Origin: an uncultured beta proteobacterium
Lineage (GTDB): Bacteria; Pseudomonadota; Gammaproteobacteria; Burkholderiales; Nitrosomonadaceae
Length of the DNA: 32,000 bases
Reading direction: 5' to 3'
Assembly (NCBI GenBank): GCA_963815685.1
Contig: CAWFHT010000012.1
Coordinates: 159,723 to 191,722, forward strand
Positions 18,551 through 28,263 of the stretch are shown here, in pieces. Numbering within the stretch: the first letter of the stretch is position 1; every line of letters starts with the position of its first letter. Below the pieces are notes generated by a model that had not been told where the DNA came from, searched no databases, and worked only from the letters and a program-made list of their open reading frames with translations. The position numbers and the translations under genes are program-made.

Positions 18551-20626
18551 ATGTTGCATCACAGAATCATAAAAAATAAAATCCAGCACAATCAAAAAGA
18601 ACGATTAAGGCTAACTGCCATGAGTCTAATCATCTTTGTTTTCAATACTATTGCTCAAGCTGAAGAAGCTGAAGAAGCCAACAAAACTATTAAACTACCC
18701 GAGATCACCATCACTTCGACGCCATTTCAAGACCGGCGTGAGCTAAATATGACTCAACCTACTACTGTTTTACATGGAGACAATCTTCGCAGAAAACGCG
18801 AGGTAAATCTTGGCGATACTTTATCTAATGAACTTGGCGTAGCCTCGAGCTCATTTGGGCCAGGCGCCGGCCGTCCTATTATCCGCGCTTTGGATGGACC
18901 ACGTATTCAGGTACTGGAGAATGGCATCAGCACACTTGATGTCTCTTCTCTCAGTCCAGATCACGCTGTCACTATCGAGACGCTTAATACCTCGCAAATT
19001 GAAATTCTGCGAGGCCCAGCAACCCTGCTTTATGGTGGAGGGGCAACAGGTGGAATAGTGAATGCTGTAACTGGACGCATTCCCAACCAAGTGTTTAAAT
19101 CATTAAAAGGTAATTTTGAAGTACGGGGAAATACTGCAACTGAAGAAAGAACTGGGGCGCTCAATGTAAATGGCAGTTTTGGTCAAACCTCATGGAGTGT
19201 CGGCGGCTTCAAGCGTAAAACGAGCGATTACGATATTCCTGGGCATGCCAATATTAATCAGGACGTTAACAACGAAAAGAATGTAGTCAAAAACAGTGCA
19301 GTTGATTCTCAAGGTTTGTCTATTGGCAGTTCCTACATAGGTGAAAGAGGATTCTTCGGTGGCTCTATCTCATTACAGGAGAGCAAATATGGTGTGCCCA
19401 CACCCGAGAAACCTACCATTGATTTAACCCAAGCTCGTTACAATCTGACTGGAGAGCTGGACAATCCCCTTACTGGCCTTGAAAAACTCAAAGTACGCAT
19501 GGGCTACAATGACTATAAACATAATGAGCTTGAAAGTAATGGGGAAATCGCGACTCGTTTTAAAAATCGGGAACTGGAAACGCGAGCTGAGTTTTTACAT
19601 TCTCCTATTGCAAATTTAAAAGGTTTATTCGGCATACAATTTCAGGATCGAACATTTTCTGCTTTGGGTGAAGAAGCGATAATACCTGTGACCAAATCTC
19701 GCTCTACCGGACTTTTTCTTATCGAAGAACGCAACTGGGGTAATTTTCGATTTGAATTTGGTAGCCGCTATGAGTATGCCACACGTGATCCACAAAATAA
19801 CATTGACCGATCTCGCGCATTCGGTCTGTTCAATGGTTCCGCTGGCACTTTCTGGAATTTTATAAAAGACTATAACTTAGGATTGACAGCAACGCATGGC
19901 CAACGCGCGCCTGCGATAGAAGAGCTCTATATAAATGGCCCTCATCGTGCCACAGGCACCTTCCAGATTGGCGATAACGCTTTGCGCAAAGAAGCGACCA
20001 ATAATCTTGATTTGTCCCTTAGCAAAACTGCTGGATTCATGAGATGGAAGGTGAATGCTTTTTATAACCGATTTAATAACTATATTTTTTTAAGAAATGT
20101 GGATACCAATGGAGATGGCATTGCTGATCGTGTTGATGAAGATGGAATATTAAATCCACAAGGTGAATTTCAATTACTGAATATGTCTCAAACAGACGCT
20201 ACCTTCTACGGAGCAGAAGCGGAAGTTATTTTTACGCTTAAACCGAATAATTTAGACTTGCGTTTATTCACAGATTATGTACGCGGCAAATTAGACCACA
20301 ACAATGGAAATGTTCCACGCACTACACCCGCAACGTTTTGGATTGGAACTAAACTATCAGCAGGGCCCTGGGCCGCGAATCTGACGACGATACACGTGCT
20401 CCGCCAGAATAAACGAGCAGAACTTGAAACCAGTACTTCAGGTTATACACTACTCAATCTAGAAGCTAGCTACCGCATAAAAGAAACTCAATCAAATGGT
20501 ATCAAACTCTTTGTCCAAGGAAAAAACTTGCTTGATGAGGAAATACGTATTCATACCTCTTTTTTGAAGAATTTTGCACCCTTACCTGGAAGAGCTTTAG
20601 TAGCAGGAATAAGAGGTGATTTTTAA
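18551..20626 (+). CDS. TonB-dependent outer-membrane receptor (metal-uptake type, ZnuD-like plug motifs)
   Basis: Long basic signal peptide (MLHHRIIKNK...FNTIAQA) and a TonB-box-like LPEITITSTP. Plug motifs GRPIIRALDGPRIQVLENG and D.SSLSPDHAV, with a terminal Phe. The track's TTG at 18491 lies inside the palindrome, so I prefer ATG 18551; ATG 18620 is also possible. Confidence 0.85.
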   Translation: MLHHRIIKNKIQHNQKERLRLTAMSLIIFVFNTIAQAEEAEEANKTIKLPEITITSTPFQDRRELNMTQPTTVLHGDNLRRKREVNLGDTLSNELGVASSSFGPGAGRPIIRALDGPRIQVLENGISTLDVSSLSPDHAVTIETLNTSQIEILRGPATLLYGGGATGGIVNAVTGRIPNQVFKSLKGNFEVRGNTATEERTGALNVNGSFGQTSWSVGGFKRKTSDYDIPGHANINQDVNNEKNVVKNSAVDSQGLSIGSSYIGERGFFGGSISLQESKYGVPTPEKPTIDLTQARYNLTGELDNPLTGLEKLKVRMGYNDYKHNELESNGEIATRFKNRELETRAEFLHSPIANLKGLFGIQFQDRTFSALGEEAIIPVTKSRSTGLFLIEERNWGNFRFEFGSRYEYATRDPQNNIDRSRAFGLFNGSAGTFWNFIKDYNLGLTATHGQRAPAIEELYINGPHRATGTFQIGDNALRKEATNNLDLSLSKTAGFMRWKVNAFYNRFNNYIFLRNVDTNGDGIADRVDEDGILNPQGEFQLLNMSQTDATFYGAEAEVIFTLKPNNLDLRLFTDYVRGKLDHNNGNVPRTTPATFWIGTKLSAGPWAANLTTIHVLRQNKRAELETSTSGYTLLNLEASYRIKETQSNGIKLFVQGKNLLDEEIRIHTSFLKNFAPLPGRALVAGIRGDF

Positions 20627-20685
20627 AACCTGCTCAATAGGAAAAACTTTTACTCAAAGATTCGAGGTATCTTTTATAACTTAAT

Positions 20686-21066
20686 TTATAAGAATATTGC
20701 AGGGTTTTTAGTCAGCGCAACTAATACAATATAAAAAAATACTATCTGAGCCATAATCCAGGCGCTAACTTTAATTGTGCGGGTCTTGCCGAATCTTAGC
20801 GCCATCATGCCCAACCCAATATAAAGAAGCAATCCCGCAACTTTCGCAGTCAGCCAAGAATCTACAAGGGGGTATTGTTGTATCAGAACTGCCAACGTGA
20901 TTGCACTGGTTAGCAGCACCGTATCAATTATATGCGGCATTATTTTTACCCAGCGTTGCTGCAATTGAGCTGATGCACGTATCATCCAAATACCCCGCGT
21001 CAGAAATAGCAAATAACTGAGTATGACACTAGATACATGAATCAATTTTAATAACGTATAGCTCAT
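20686..21066 (-). CDS. SirB2/YchQ-family small membrane protein
   Basis: Start taken at MSYTLLKLIHVSSV (ATG 21066), which overlaps the upstream stop as TGATG. About 126 aa, 4 TM. Confidence 0.6.
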   Translation of the reverse strand: MSYTLLKLIHVSSVILSYLLFLTRGIWMIRASAQLQQRWVKIMPHIIDTVLLTSAITLAVLIQQYPLVDSWLTAKVAGLLLYIGLGMMALRFGKTRTIKVSAWIMAQIVFFYIVLVALTKNPAIFL

Positions 21067-21551
21067 CACCATTCCCCATACAAAACCCAACCATGACTAC
21101 CCGCAACTGCACCCGCAACTGTAACGAGGCTGATACCTAACAAGAACCAGTGCAGACGCTGAATCAATACGAATGTTTGTTCTGGCTTATTTAGTGCCCT
21201 AGTCTTAAACCATTTAGGGAGCACCCATGGCTCCAGCACAAACAACATCAGCGTAAAAATACCCCACACGAACACCATGGCATGCATCCACCAGAAATGA
21301 GGTTCAGCAAAACGATTCCATCCATCCAGAACATGCACCATGTAGAAACCACTCAGTCCTACTAACAATGTGGTAAAACGTGCTTGAGTAGCAAAACGAC
21401 TTTCAATATGTTCGAAGAACTCGATACGTTCTTCAGCTGATTTCATTTTCGCGACGGAAGGAAGCAGAACTGTCGTCACCATGGCAACACCACCAATCCA
21501 AAGGACCACACCCAATACATGCAATACCCGAGCTAAAACAAACTCATCCAT
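21066..21551 (-). CDS. 4-TM membrane protein (CopD/HemJ-like topology, family not established)
   Basis: 161 aa. The first helix carries LHVLGVVLWIGG, with a conserved-looking His/Trp pattern. Confidence 0.5.
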   Translation of the reverse strand: MDEFVLARVLHVLGVVLWIGGVAMVTTVLLPSVAKMKSAEERIEFFEHIESRFATQARFTTLLVGLSGFYMVHVLDGWNRFAEPHFWWMHAMVFVWGIFTLMLFVLEPWVLPKWFKTRALNKPEQTFVLIQRLHWFLLGISLVTVAGAVAGSHGWVLYGEW

Positions 21552-21604
21552 GCTGAATTATGCTTGAATTTTTTTACATGAATGCGTCAAAATCTTAAAT
21601 ATAT

Positions 21605-21955
21605 TCACAAGAAAACCCATTCCTTCGCTTCATCATAATCAGAGAAAACCGTTACATTCGCATCGATAAACAAATTTGATACCCATGCACTCCATGCCTG
21701 CCATTGATTATCAGTAACGACCGCAACCCGATTGAATTCACTACCATGCTCGCGCATAAATTTGATCTCTTCCCAAGCGACATCCACCGTATAATCCATC
21801 ATATCCCGCCAATCAAATAACAAATTTATCTTATCTTCAGGATGTGATCGATATAGCACCTGGTCTTCAAATTCTTTAAAGTCACTGAGAGTAAATTCCC
21901 CAATTACGGCTACAATGATCAGGTTATTGATTTTTTGAATAGTAATCATGCGCAT
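21605..21955 (-). CDS. STAS/SpoIIAA-like (DUF3478-type) protein
   Basis: ITIQK....I.A..GEFT..DF..FE......H....NLLFD..D...YT..AW.E.KF..EHG..F.R.AVV.D is typical of the family. The start is probably ATG 21955 or 21949 (GGGAG upstream), not the track's 22033. Confidence 0.6.
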   Translation of the reverse strand: MRMITIQKINNLIIVAVIGEFTLSDFKEFEDQVLYRSHPEDKINLLFDWRDMMDYTVDVAWEEIKFMREHGSEFNRVAVVTDNQWQAWSAWVSNLFIDANVTVFSDYDEAKEWVFL

Positions 21956-22016
21956 ACTCCCAGATATAATGTCATCCATTATAAATAATTGATTCATCAT
22001 GTAAATATTATTGAAT

Positions 22017-22868
22017 CTAGTGCCTACTAACACTTATTGGAGCACCTCTCAGGCTTAACACCCCTCCTAACACAATCATTCCCATCCCCATCCAGGCAGA
22101 AATGGGCAGAACCTCATGCCACAAAAAAACATCCCATAATCCTGCAAATAATACTGTACTGTATGCAAGTGCACCAACTACCATAGTTTTACCGACGCGA
22201 TAAGCCCTCGTAAGTGCTAACTGTGCAAGGGTAGCCGTTATGCCAACCCCAACCAATATCCATAAATTATTGGAGGTAATGGCACTAAATGCAGTTAACA
22301 ACAACCATATACCGGTTATTACCGTACAAATCAAGGTAAAATAGAAAACCACTACCCATTCAGATTCACCCAATTTACCAAGCTGTTTCAGATTAAGATG
22401 GGCAAGGCTTGCAAAAATAGCCGAGATCAAACCAATTAATCCAGCCTGCCACTGATCTTCATGTAAAGTTGGTCGTAACAACAAAACTACTCCTATAAAC
22501 CCGAGTATGACTGTCATAACCAACACCCAATGGAAACGCTCTTTTAAAATAATCGTCGCCAACAGTGCTAGAAATAGCGGCCAGGTATTATTCAGGGATA
22601 TGGCTGTTGCCAAGGGAAGTTGTGTAATGCAATAAAAAAACAGCAACAATCCACCGAGACCAAAAAGTCCACGCCAGCAATGAATCTTCCAGTGTTCAGT
22701 AATCAATGACACCCGACGAGTACGCATAGCTAGATAGGTTAGAAATAGACCAATCAAAGAACGGTAAAACACCAACTCGATACTAGAAAAATATACTGCA
22801 CCTAACTTTACCAACATTCCCATACAGGCAAACATAAAACCCGCTACGAGCATCCACAGCGAATGCAT
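22017..22868 (-). CDS. EamA/DMT-superfamily transporter
   Basis: 283 aa with about 10 TM helices in two EamA-like halves. Confidence 0.8.
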   Translation of the reverse strand: MHSLWMLVAGFMFACMGMLVKLGAVYFSSIELVFYRSLIGLFLTYLAMRTRRVSLITEHWKIHCWRGLFGLGGLLLFFYCITQLPLATAISLNNTWPLFLALLATIILKERFHWVLVMTVILGFIGVVLLLRPTLHEDQWQAGLIGLISAIFASLAHLNLKQLGKLGESEWVVVFYFTLICTVITGIWLLLTAFSAITSNNLWILVGVGITATLAQLALTRAYRVGKTMVVGALAYSTVLFAGLWDVFLWHEVLPISAWMGMGMIVLGGVLSLRGAPISVSRH

Positions 22869-22906
22869 CAGTCATTACTTAATAAAAATACATTTCAGAA
22901 TAATAG

Positions 22907-24025
22907 TTAGCATAAGTAAGAACCTATCTCTCTTTGCAGGAAATTATGAAAATGCAACATCCCAGCTTCCATCGGCATTTGATAGGGACCAAATTCATTA
23001 ATGTTTTGTTGATAAAGTGCACGACGCCCCATTGTCATCAGCCTGCAGATTTCTTCATCTTCTAAAGCAGTTTCGAAGTATGCTGCCTGTTCTGCCTCAA
23101 TGAATTCACGCTCAAACAAAGCAATCTCTTCTGGATAGTAAAACTCGATTACATTCATGCAACTTTCTACTCCAGTTGGTAATATCGTACTAATGATGAG
23201 GGTATGGGGATACCATTCAAGCATCACATTGGGATAATAAAGCAACCAAATGGCACCATAAGGAGGCTTCCGATTATTATTGTATTGTAATATCTGCTTG
23301 TGCCACTTCTCATATACTGGCGTGCCTGCCCGGTCGAATTCAGGATTAACCCCTACAACTTGAACGCTGTACCAATCACCAAACTTCCAATTAAGCTTGT
23401 TGGTATCAACAAAATGCCCCAAACCGGGATGAAAGGGCTCGACATGATAATCTTCCAGATAAACCTCTATAAATGTCTTCCAGTTACACGAATAATGATC
23501 TATATGAACACGATCAAATATATAACCCGTAAAATCAAAGTCCTTGAGGACACTTAGATTTGTCATATCATGTGCAACATTGCGTTCACCCGTAAACAAG
23601 AGCCCATTCCAATTTTGCAAGGATGTTTTACCCAAATTCAGACATGGATTATTGCTAAAATACGGCGCCCCGAGCAATTTACCATCCATTGCGTAAGTCC
23701 AGCGATGGATAGGGCAAACTATATTTCTGGCATTTCCACGTCCTTTAAGCAGAAGCGCCTGACGATGACGACACACATTCGATAACAGCTCAATCCCATT
23801 CTCGTTGCGAACTAATACATTAGCATCATTCATCCATTCCATGACATGGTAATCCCCAATATTGGGTACCATCAATTCATGTCCGACATAACCTGGACCT
23901 CGATCAAATAGTCGCTGTTTTTCCAATTCCAATACATGTGGATTTAGATACCAGTCAACAGGGAGTTGTTGTGGTTTCTCAGTCAACTCAGTCAACAATT
24001 GTGACATTTGCGCTAGACTAGACAT
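22907..24025 (-). CDS. Rieske [2Fe-2S] non-heme iron oxygenase, alpha-subunit-like
   Basis: Rieske motif CRHR...x17...CPIHRW. Catalytic-domain His pair context EDYHVEPFHPG. 372 aa. Confidence 0.85.
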   Translation of the reverse strand: MSSLAQMSQLLTELTEKPQQLPVDWYLNPHVLELEKQRLFDRGPGYVGHELMVPNIGDYHVMEWMNDANVLVRNENGIELLSNVCRHRQALLLKGRGNARNIVCPIHRWTYAMDGKLLGAPYFSNNPCLNLGKTSLQNWNGLLFTGERNVAHDMTNLSVLKDFDFTGYIFDRVHIDHYSCNWKTFIEVYLEDYHVEPFHPGLGHFVDTNKLNWKFGDWYSVQVVGVNPEFDRAGTPVYEKWHKQILQYNNNRKPPYGAIWLLYYPNVMLEWYPHTLIISTILPTGVESCMNVIEFYYPEEIALFEREFIEAEQAAYFETALEDEEICRLMTMGRRALYQQNINEFGPYQMPMEAGMLHFHNFLQREIGSYLC

Positions 24026-24311
24026 ATGAAATCATTTATTAAAGAAGTGATGTTCAACAGAAGTTTAATGCCCAATGGACAAATCAAATATTCAGAAATT
24101 CAAAAAAATCAATAAAACAGAAAATTGCGTCTATACTTATTAATATAAGGAAGACCTCTAATATAAATAAGCTTCGCTTTGAGGACTGTAAAAAAATTTT
24201 ACATTACCAGGATTCATGTCTACATTATCCTCTTATTTCATAAGATTACAATCTTAGCGCTATGCGTAAATCGCATGAATTGATTAAACATAAATTGGAA
24301 GAGTTATCTCA

Positions 24312-25694
24312 ATGAAATTGAATCAACAAACAAGCAAAAAAGTCTGGGTATTTTTATCGAGTGCACTAGTCATAGGGCTTTCCTCCTGTAGCGATAGCCA
24401 GGAATCTAAAATTAGCAAAGCTCCTCTCAAAGGACCTACTACAGGAATACTCACTGATGCCGCTCCAGTGGCAGGTGTTGCTTATACTACCTCTTCTGGC
24501 TCATCGGGAACTACGGATGCACAAGGCATGTATCGCTATAACCATGGCGACAATGTCAAATTCCAGCTTGGTGAACTGATTATCGGTGATATCAAGGCAA
24601 CTGGCATCGTTACACCAATAGAGCTGGCCGCCGGCAATGAGAATAAATTACAGAATCTGCCCATCCTGCTGCAATCACTCGATTCAGATAATGATCTCTC
24701 GAACGGAATATTGATTCCAGCAGAAGCAGCTGCAGCACTTAAATCTACCCTTAATCTCGCGAGCGATCCAGTCAGTTTTGCTAATTCTGAAATACTTAAA
24801 ACTGCGCGCGATGCTGCAGGCCTAGCCGGCGATATCAAATCAGCAGAAGCAGCCAGTGCCGATTTTCTTGTCAGAGGAATCAATCTCCTTAGTAGTCACA
24901 TTTGGGTAAAATACGATGACACGAATGCAAGCATTATACGAGTAGCAGCAGATGGTAGCGGTAAATACTTGCAAGGCGAAGCAACAGCAGATGATTCATG
25001 TGATGAAAATCGTGTTTGCGGAGGCGGTACTATTATTAAAGCCGGGGTGGAATACGGCATTGCAAACGCATCGCAATTTGATACCAGAGGATTTAATCTC
25101 CATAGCTCATCATCCGTTGATACTAATCTGCGAGCAGGTTTATCACACCCGCGCCCTACTTGGCGAATCCATACAGATGGTGACGAGCTCATTATTTCTG
25201 ACATCGTAGTTGCCCAAAGAGCAAGAGAACAAAGTGGCGTCTTTGGCGAACTCTTTCACATCGCACGCCCAATTGAACTCAGTTCAGATGATGAACCCAT
25301 TCTCACCGAGATCAAAGAAAAACGGTATGCCAAAATGGATAATAATGTCTCCGGCATTGTTGGTGCATGGGAACTAGATCAAAATAGTGTAAAAACCAAA
25401 TTATTTTTGTTCTTCCCCAATAATAAATTCATGTTGGTAGATCCTAGTGGTGAAACCTTTCAGTCCGAGCAAGTGGAATGTGGAACCCCAGGTGTTGAGT
25501 TTGCCTCATATGCATACGATGCCAATTCTAAGACATTGAATATGAGAAGCTTTATTTACGATACCAATGGCTGTGTCGGTTTATCGGGCGGTTCAGACAA
25601 ACCAATTTCATTTGACATCAGCGCAAACGGTAATTCTGCGGTCTTAAGCAGACAAGGCGAAGCATCTGTTACGTTATATCGGGTTTCAAAATAA
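24312..25694 (+). CDS. lipoprotein of unknown function
   Basis: 460 aa with signal peptide and lipobox (LVIGLSSC). I recognise no catalytic motif. Confidence 0.65.
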   Translation: MKLNQQTSKKVWVFLSSALVIGLSSCSDSQESKISKAPLKGPTTGILTDAAPVAGVAYTTSSGSSGTTDAQGMYRYNHGDNVKFQLGELIIGDIKATGIVTPIELAAGNENKLQNLPILLQSLDSDNDLSNGILIPAEAAAALKSTLNLASDPVSFANSEILKTARDAAGLAGDIKSAEAASADFLVRGINLLSSHIWVKYDDTNASIIRVAADGSGKYLQGEATADDSCDENRVCGGGTIIKAGVEYGIANASQFDTRGFNLHSSSSVDTNLRAGLSHPRPTWRIHTDGDELIISDIVVAQRAREQSGVFGELFHIARPIELSSDDEPILTEIKEKRYAKMDNNVSGIVGAWELDQNSVKTKLFLFFPNNKFMLVDPSGETFQSEQVECGTPGVEFASYAYDANSKTLNMRSFIYDTNGCVGLSGGSDKPISFDISANGNSAVLSRQGEASVTLYRVSK

Positions 25695-25752
25695 CTCACA
25701 AATAACCCACCAAGGCGTGATAAAACAAAATAATTAAGAATTTTCACAATTC

Positions 25753-25778
25753 GGCGAGAGCTAAAATTTGCTCTCGCC
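25753..25778 (+). terminator. hairpin after the lipoprotein gene
   Basis: ggcgagagc-taaaattt-gctctcgcc is a perfect 9-bp stem. The trailing T-tract is weak (cccttctt). Confidence 0.45.
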
Positions 25779-26073
25779 CCCTTCTTAAGCTTCCCTTATC
25801 CTCGCCATTTATATAGCAGCTATTGGATTTTGCTTTTGATCAAACTGCTTTGATATTTTCGATATTCAGTACTCGCCCTATTGGATGTTAATGATCCTGA
25901 GCATATGTTGAAGTCATGCCCTTTCATGAATATAAGACCAGGGATTTCGTTAAACCCAGATTTTCCATTAGGAATCTAATTATTTGATTCTTAAGAGTAT
26001 ACTTAAAAAGGAGTATTAGAATAATTTGTTAATTCAATTAAAATATGGAGTTCTAATGAAAAATTTGGGTTAA

Positions 26074-28263
26074 ATGACTATAATCCGTGTCGCACTCGAT
26101 ATACCTATTGATAGTCTATTCGACTATATTGCACCCGATGCAACACCGCTAGACATTGGTTCATATGTGCGTGTTCCCTTTGGTAAAAAATTCATGATAG
26201 GCATTATCATAGCCATATCCGATGGTGCTCACGTTCCTCATGACAAACTAAAGCAAGCTGAAGAGATTTTACGGAATATCCCCCCAATACCTCCAACTCT
26301 CATAGAATTATTTGAATTTTGTAGCCACTATTACCATTACCCTATAGGAAAGGTAATCATGAATGGAGTGCCCACGCGATTGCGCAGCATTAAACCTCTG
26401 CCACAACGATCTATCACGTCATTCCTATTCCGCTTGACCGAAACAGGTCATGCCATAGCACTCTCTTCCATTCCTGGCCGGAATAAAACTAAACATCACT
26501 TGCTCACTCGCCTTAAAGAAGTGAGCGCCATCACTAGCAAAGAAGCAAAGCAGCTTTCTCAACGTGCCCCAAAATTATTGCAGGAATTTTTAGCTCAAGG
26601 ATGGGTAGAAAAGGTTTTAGAGGCGCCGGAATTCACACTAAACATAAATGCTTCTCCCATTCCGCAGCTCACCACCGAACAAATCACCGCAATCAATACC
26701 ATCCAGGCCGAAATAGGCTTATTCAATACCTGGTTACTTCATGGAATTACGGGTAGTGGCAAGACCGAAGTTTATCTCCAGATTACTTCAATGCTGCTAA
26801 AACAAAAACGCCAAGTACTTATCCTGGTACCCGAGATCAATTTAACTCCCAGACTAGAAGAAATTTTCCGGTCGCGTTTCCCCACCACGCATCTGATCAG
26901 CTTGCACAGCAAACTCAATCCTACCGAACGTATGAACGGCTGGTTACAGGCACAGCAGGGCGAAGCAAGCGTAGTCCTTGGAACACGTCTGGCCATTTTC
27001 ACGCCACTACCTAGGCTGGGCCTGATTATTGTTGATGAGGAACATGATCATTCATTTAAGCAACAAGATGGGTTACGCTATTCAGCGCGAGATGTCGCCA
27101 TTTTTCGTGCGAAACAAGTCAATGTACCCATCTTGTTAGGCTCTGCAACACCTTCATTGGAAAGCTACTACAATGCCATAACCGGCCGATACCGCAGGAT
27201 ACAATTGCGTGCGCGTGCAGTGAAAAATGCCACACTCCCAATCATACGCTATGTTAATACCCGCTCCGTTCAGCTCAAAGAAGGATTATCTGAACAACTG
27301 CTTGTTGCGTTAGAAAGAACTCTAACTCAAAAGCAGCAAGGCATGGTTTTTATTAATCGCCGCGGCTATGCTCCTGTATTATTGTGCAAGTCTTGCACCT
27401 GGCTTGCGACCTGCTCTCGCTGTTCCAGTCGTCTCGTTGTGCACCTGATTCAAAAAAATCTACGCTGCCACTACTGTGGTCACACAGAACAACTTCCACT
27501 AGCCTGTCCGCAATGTGGCGATCAAGATCTCATGCCATTTGGTCATGGTACACAACGAATTGAAGCTGCACTGGCAAAATTTTTCCCTCGTGCCCGTATT
27601 CTTCGTGTCGATCGGGACAATACTCGTCGCAAGGAAGCTTGGCAATTCATATTAAATGCGATCCATAAACAACAAGTAGATATCCTGGTAGGCACCCAAC
27701 TTTTAGCTAAAGGGCATGATTTTCCTAATTTGTCCTTGGTAGGTGTGCTCAATGCTGATACTTCACTCTATAGTATGGATTTTCGTGCTGAAGAACGATT
27801 ATTCGCACAATTGATGCAAGTTTCCGGGCGAGCAGGTCGCGCTGAAACTGCAGGAGAAGTTCTTATTCAGACTGAATTTCCCGATCATCCTTTGTATCTC
27901 GCATTGAAACATCACGATTACGATGCTTATGCACAAATATTACTAAAAGAAAGGGAAATCACTCATTTTCCTCCCTACTCCTATCAAGCACTACTCAATG
28001 CGGAAGCGCCACACATCTCCATCGCGATAGAATTCCTCACCATGGCAAGCAAACTGATTGAGCCTTGGGAGCAATTAGAAATATTCGATCCGGTTCCTGC
28101 ACAAATGACACGGCTAAAAGGACTAGAACGCGCACATCTGCTGGTACAATCCCGCTCTCGCAAAAAATTGCAGCTATTTCTCAGCGAGTGGTATATTAAA
28201 CTCTGCAAAATTCCCCATCGTAAGGTACGATGGACTTTGGATATTGATCCATTAGAATTCTAA
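26074..28263 (+). CDS. priA: primosomal replication-restart helicase PriA
   Basis: 729 aa with Walker A GITGSGKTEVY, DEEH, and a double Zn-finger insert (CKSC...CSRC...CHYC...CPQC). Confidence 0.93.
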   Translation: MTIIRVALDIPIDSLFDYIAPDATPLDIGSYVRVPFGKKFMIGIIIAISDGAHVPHDKLKQAEEILRNIPPIPPTLIELFEFCSHYYHYPIGKVIMNGVPTRLRSIKPLPQRSITSFLFRLTETGHAIALSSIPGRNKTKHHLLTRLKEVSAITSKEAKQLSQRAPKLLQEFLAQGWVEKVLEAPEFTLNINASPIPQLTTEQITAINTIQAEIGLFNTWLLHGITGSGKTEVYLQITSMLLKQKRQVLILVPEINLTPRLEEIFRSRFPTTHLISLHSKLNPTERMNGWLQAQQGEASVVLGTRLAIFTPLPRLGLIIVDEEHDHSFKQQDGLRYSARDVAIFRAKQVNVPILLGSATPSLESYYNAITGRYRRIQLRARAVKNATLPIIRYVNTRSVQLKEGLSEQLLVALERTLTQKQQGMVFINRRGYAPVLLCKSCTWLATCSRCSSRLVVHLIQKNLRCHYCGHTEQLPLACPQCGDQDLMPFGHGTQRIEAALAKFFPRARILRVDRDNTRRKEAWQFILNAIHKQQVDILVGTQLLAKGHDFPNLSLVGVLNADTSLYSMDFRAEERLFAQLMQVSGRAGRAETAGEVLIQTEFPDHPLYLALKHHDYDAYAQILLKEREITHFPPYSYQALLNAEAPHISIAIEFLTMASKLIEPWEQLEIFDPVPAQMTRLKGLERAHLLVQSRSRKKLQLFLSEWYIKLCKIPHRKVRWTLDIDPLEF

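Noticed and set aside
26043-26073. Mini-ORFs (MEF*, MKNLG*) just before priA, the second ending TAA directly before the priA ATG
   Set aside because: The GGAG before the 5-codon ORF is intriguing, but such tiny ORFs arise easily by chance in AT-rich leaders. There is no supporting structure or conservation I can assess.
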